The notes beneath the pieces were generated by a model. The model was not told the origin of the DNA and searched no databases. It worked only from the letters and a program-made list of their open reading frames with translations. From the NCBI GenBank assembly GCA_003971905.1, contig RSEE01000056.1, forward strand, positions 124,001 to 188,000: a stretch of 64,000 nt of DNA, read 5' to 3'. A program made the translations under genes and the position numbers. The number at the start of each line of letters is the position of its first letter. Within the stretch, counting starts at the first letter, position 1. The DNA comes from Moniliella sp. 'wahieum' (lineage: Eukaryota). Shown one piece after another: positions 59,893 to 64,000 of this stretch.

Positions 59893-62800
59893 TTAGTTAC
59901 AGGGCCAAGAGGCCATGAAGTCCGGGAGGTAGCGTTCCTTCACCGAGTTGGCGAGAAGGGGCGTGCCGGGTTGGCATACGCGTACGCCGAAGCATGAGGT
60001 TGAGGCTGAGATGAAGCGCCATGATGGGGTAGCCCATACCGAGGATAGGGCTGACCTTGTTGGTAGCCTTGTTGGGCTTGCTGGGAAGACTGCACTTGTG
60101 TCAGTCCAGCAGGGTGTTTGTCTTCGTTCGCGGATGGAGAGGAGCTTGAGGCAACACGAGCTTCCCATTGCTGAATCGCATGTCCCACTGAGCCCGCCTG
60201 GCCTGGTCCTGCTCCTTGGACGCGGGCATCGTAGTCCTGCATGCGAAGGGGTTGGGGGATCCGAGTGCGTCCCACGGGGCATGGTTGGGAGGCGCAGTAC
60301 CACCCGTAGGCGAAGCAGAAGGTACATTATGTGCACCTAGCCAAGCTGCGGAGTTAGGTGCCGTACTCGCTCTCACGGGTGAGGGTTGTCGGCGGGGGGG
60401 GCTGGAATGAAGGTGCGATCCGTGGGGGATGCGCGTGGGGGACGGAGAACGCGATGGGGAAGGACTACTGTGCGTTCCCTGAGGTCCTCGTACGGGCGAC
60501 CAAGGCCGGTCTCGGTGCCTCTTGGGAGACGAAGAAGGGGAAGCGGGAGGGTGGCTTGGTACCGCAGAGAAGTGTGAAGAGGGGTGGGCACCTTTCTGCG
60601 AGTGAGCCGGTGAATCGGGTCGAGACAGAACAGGGGAGGCATGGACCCGAACTTTGCCTTGTGGGCTGGCAGGGCGAGAGGAGGGGTGGCCTCGAGAAGC
60701 AGAGGCTGTGGGCGATCCAGGCACTGCCCCGGGTGTAGGGAGGGGCCGAGAGGGTGAGGCGGCGCGACGCCGAGCAAAGGGGGAGATGGCAGGCAAGGCT
60801 TGGGGTTGAACAGGAGCCAGCACAGGGGCGGGCACAACAGGCACAGGATCGCGGCCAGCGCCCTGGTGCGCAGGGCGATGCCGCAGGTACGGCTGGGGTG
60901 GATTAGATGGTTGGCTCGGATGGGATGGTTGGGGCGGATGAGAGTGTGCCGGAGATCCAGTTGGCCCTGGGGTAGCAAACGATACTAGAGGAGCAGCGGG
61001 GATCGGCGAGGACCAGACAGGCGGGATCGTTGGAAGCTGGCGATCACGTGGTGAAGATGGGGCCGGCATCGGTGCGGGATGGACCATGGACGTAGCCACT
61101 GGTGAAGGCAGCGACGTAGGCGGCATAGGTGTTTGTGGCTGAGGACCCTGCCGGGACGCTGCGATAGCCATGGGCCGAGCAACCTGGGGTGGAGGGGCTT
61201 GGGCACTGGCCCCACCAGCGGGAGAAACTGCTCGCGGCGGAGACGGAGAGTTTACTGCGGTAACTGACGCACTACTCCTTCTCTTGTCCCGAGGGGTCGG
61301 TACGGACAAGCCACTGAGTGACCTCGGTGGGCAAACGGATGCCAACCTGCTGGGCAAGGAAAACATGATGGGCAATGGTGAGGTGGAGAGCGGGATAGTA
61401 CTGCTTACTGGCCCGGCGAAGGACGGAGAGAATGCGGGGCCAACCCGAATTGAGGAGGTAGGTAAACATACTCTTGGCTAGATCCGGTGCACTAGGGCCG
61501 ATCCTTTGGGCGATGGTGTTGAACAAAGTGAGATGCGAACCAAGGTAGGCTGCAGCCGAAAACTCGACCCCGTGGGTCATACCCCCAGGCACAGTGGGGC
61601 GCAGAACCAACTTGGGGTCCAGATCACTCCAAGTCCAGATTGAGTTGGATGGGTGACAGAAGGCCCAAAAGTGTGTCCGGATCGTCTTGGCAATCTCAGT
61701 CAGCCAGGGATGTAAGGGTCGGGGTTGATGGGCCGCCTTAATGAAGCTGACCACCGACATGGCATCTGGGTCGCGTGGGGAGTGGATCAGTGCGTAGGCG
61801 AGCTGCGCTCCCGTGGGCACAACCGAACCGGAGCGAGATGCGGACGAGTCCATCATTTGATCAAGTGCCTCACTTGGCTTGCGGGAGGCAGCAACTGAAG
61901 GAACGATTGGCGCTGAGGAAGGGGCATCAATCTCAGCCAATACGCAGAGAAGATCAACAATCAACTTTCGTGTATCAACATCCCCCGGTTTCTTGGGGGA
62001 TAGAAGCAGATCCGAAAGCTCTGCGAAGGGTGAGGGTAGACGGGATGCCAAGATGGCGCGGCCATCCTACAGACTGAGGTTAGATTACGGTCATGCAATG
62101 TTGAGGAGTGAAGAACGCACCTTGGTGTTGGACAAGACCAGCAAGCAGCGCAGGATCTCGTGTAGCAATAGGTCATCGTGCTGCTCCTCGCGCCATTCGA
62201 GCTGTAGTAGATTGGAGAGGATAGTGAGCAGCGCATCAAACCCGCTTGCGCCGCGTGGGGTCGGGGCTGCAAAAGCAGTGGCCCACGAGGGCGACTCCGC
62301 CGTCAAGACAGCACGAAGGGATTTGACTTGACGAATGTCGAGCTGAGTGGCGGGCGCACTGCGCAGCATGTCTGCATACCACCGCGGCGGCTGTGCTCGG
62401 CGTGGGGATGCGCGGCAAGGGGCTGGTTGTGCGACTTGGGCTTCCGCTGCGGCTGGCAGCGGGGCTTCCTGAGATGATGGGGGACGGGGTGCGACTGGGT
62501 ACCAGGCTGGGGCGTGGACTGGCACTCATGCTTACTGGGCTGCGGCTGCGGCTGCGGCTCCTGTCGCGGCTGCTGCGCGCCGCCTTGACAACGCGGCCAA
62601 GGGTGCCGAAGTTGAGCCCCTTTGGGGGCGGCGGAGGGCTGTCGGCATGGGCGCTAGGGGGGCCGGTAAAGAGCATGTTGGCAGGCGGAGGGGCAGGCGG
62701 GGCGAGGCGAGTGCTGCTGGGCTGGGCGGGGGCGGGGGCGGGGGAGGAGGGAGAGACGGCAAGCGCAGTGGCGCCGGCGAGGAGCTGGGCCTTGAGGGCG

Positions 62801-62895
62801 GGGTCGAGCCCCGAGAGGCGCGGACGCTGGGCGGGGCCGACGTCGAACTGGTCGAGCAGCGCGCCAAAGTCGGCGTCGATGTCGGCGGGAGGCAT
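59893..62895 (-). CDS. Formin-type GTPase-binding (Drf_GBD/FH3-like) domain protein without FH2, Pro-rich C-terminus (Rid1-like); intron ~62069-62140
   Basis: IDADFGALLDQFDV..LKAQLL, VKSLRAVLTAESPSWATAF, GFDALL..LEWREEQHDDLLLHEILRCLLVLS, VPGGMTHGVEF; no FH2-like segment downstream. Confidence 0.75.
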
Positions 62896-63141
62896 GGGCA
62901 GCGTGCGGGTGGTGGCGGCGGCGCGAGGGGTGTTGATCGCCCGGCGGGAGGCCCAGCGGGGTGCTATTAGGGACGCTCTACCAGGTGGCGCAGGGGGCGT
63001 GTGTTGGGTGGCAATTCTACATCTTAGGTAAGCCCCGACTCCACATTTCCCACCGGCCGAACCACAGAAGAGCGTAACCAGCACACGCGCGCCCAGAGCA
63101 CCGCGCACGCCGCCGCCGCTGCCACCACCACCTCCCCGGCC

Positions 63142-64000
63142 ATGCCGCCCGATGAGCACGAGCTGCACACGAGCGGCGCCTACACCGACGGCATGCGCGT
63201 CGTGCCCCCCCTCGGTGCTGGCCACCGTCCCGGCGCCCTTGCCGGCGTTCCGGGCGGCCACCTGCAGTCGGCCAGTGCGAGCAACACTCGCCAGCCCAGC
63301 CTGCTCTCCCGCTCCATGGCCTCGCTCCGGCGCCAGTGACGCCTACGCGACCCATGGGTGCCGGTCATGATGCACAGCCGTCGCAGCCGGACACGCGCCC
63401 GCTGCTGAGCGCGGCGGATGCGTACCTGTCCTTGCCCGACCAGCCCCAATACCCCAGCAGGACCGCGGCGCCGGCTGCTCGCCCGACATGGCCGAACTTG
63501 CGCCACCTGCCGACACAAGGGCACAATCCACTGTCACCTCCACCGACTCCTACCCAATCCTCAGGCCCAGTTGGGATTACGTCAATGTCACGAGCCCTCG
63601 CCTCTTCATCCGGCCACTCGTCCTCCGCTCCCCTCGCCGACACCCTCGGTCGCGGTCTTGACCCCGCCCCCTCTCCGGTTCTGGCCCCGACGCCCAGCTG
63701 CACCCCCACCCATACGCATCAGGGCCGGGTGCCACTTCTCCATGGCCCATGGCTAGTACACCCTCGGGCTTACTCGACGAGCCCGATCCCCGACCCACGA
63801 CGAATCCCGAAACCAGCTTCTCCCGTCGACCCTTAGTCCCAGTGCCCCTCCGTCATGGACTGCATTGGGCCTCGGTCGCCGCCGGCGAAGTAAACGCCAA
63901 CGTGTCCCCACCGACGGCCCCCCGCCAAGGGCAGAGCAGTGTGCATCATCCTTACCCTTCTTGCCTTGTTCGTCTGTCTCGGCGTGGGGTTGGGTGTTGG
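63142..64000 (+). CDS. 5' part of a hypothetical low-complexity protein, runs off the window
   Basis: ATG in GGCCATG context at 63142, divergent from the GBD gene; chained + ORFs 63142-63339 and 63336-63836. Confidence 0.4.

Overview
Eukaryotic, GC-rich, gene-dense fungal DNA. It is inferred to be basidiomycete, plausibly Ustilaginomycotina, from the intron-poor genes, GTRHGY..CTRAC..YAG introns and protein styles. Recognisable housekeeping genes are a class-2 DYRK/Pom1-like kinase, PPM1/LCMT1, PIF1, carnitine acetyltransferase, RPS10, a YAT amino-acid permease, an intron-containing tRNA-Phe(GAA), a ROM2/RGF1 RhoGEF, NUP57/54, a glutathione peroxidase, PER1, YIF1, an ECL1-like protein, FCF2 and a GBD/FH3-only (Rid1-like) protein. 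Several uncharacterised genes are also present. Nearly every gene is broken by 1-2 nt indels, most simply explained as uncorrected long-read error, so CDS boundaries are approximate. No transposase, CRISPR, rRNA or biosynthetic cluster was seen. The most unexplained structures are: (i) two intergenic repeat arrays (~23.0 kb and ~41.6 kb) sharing a ~26-bp motif in opposite orientation, one with conserved GCGAAGC-type hairpins; (ii) a tandem SUMO-consensus repeat inserted in PIF1; (iii) pervasive 7-bp-period palindromic microsatellites in intergenic DNA; (iv) orphan proteins: a putative mitochondrial trypsin-like protease, a hydrophobic-hairpin/PY/UBA protein and a long-loop Zn2Cys6 protein.
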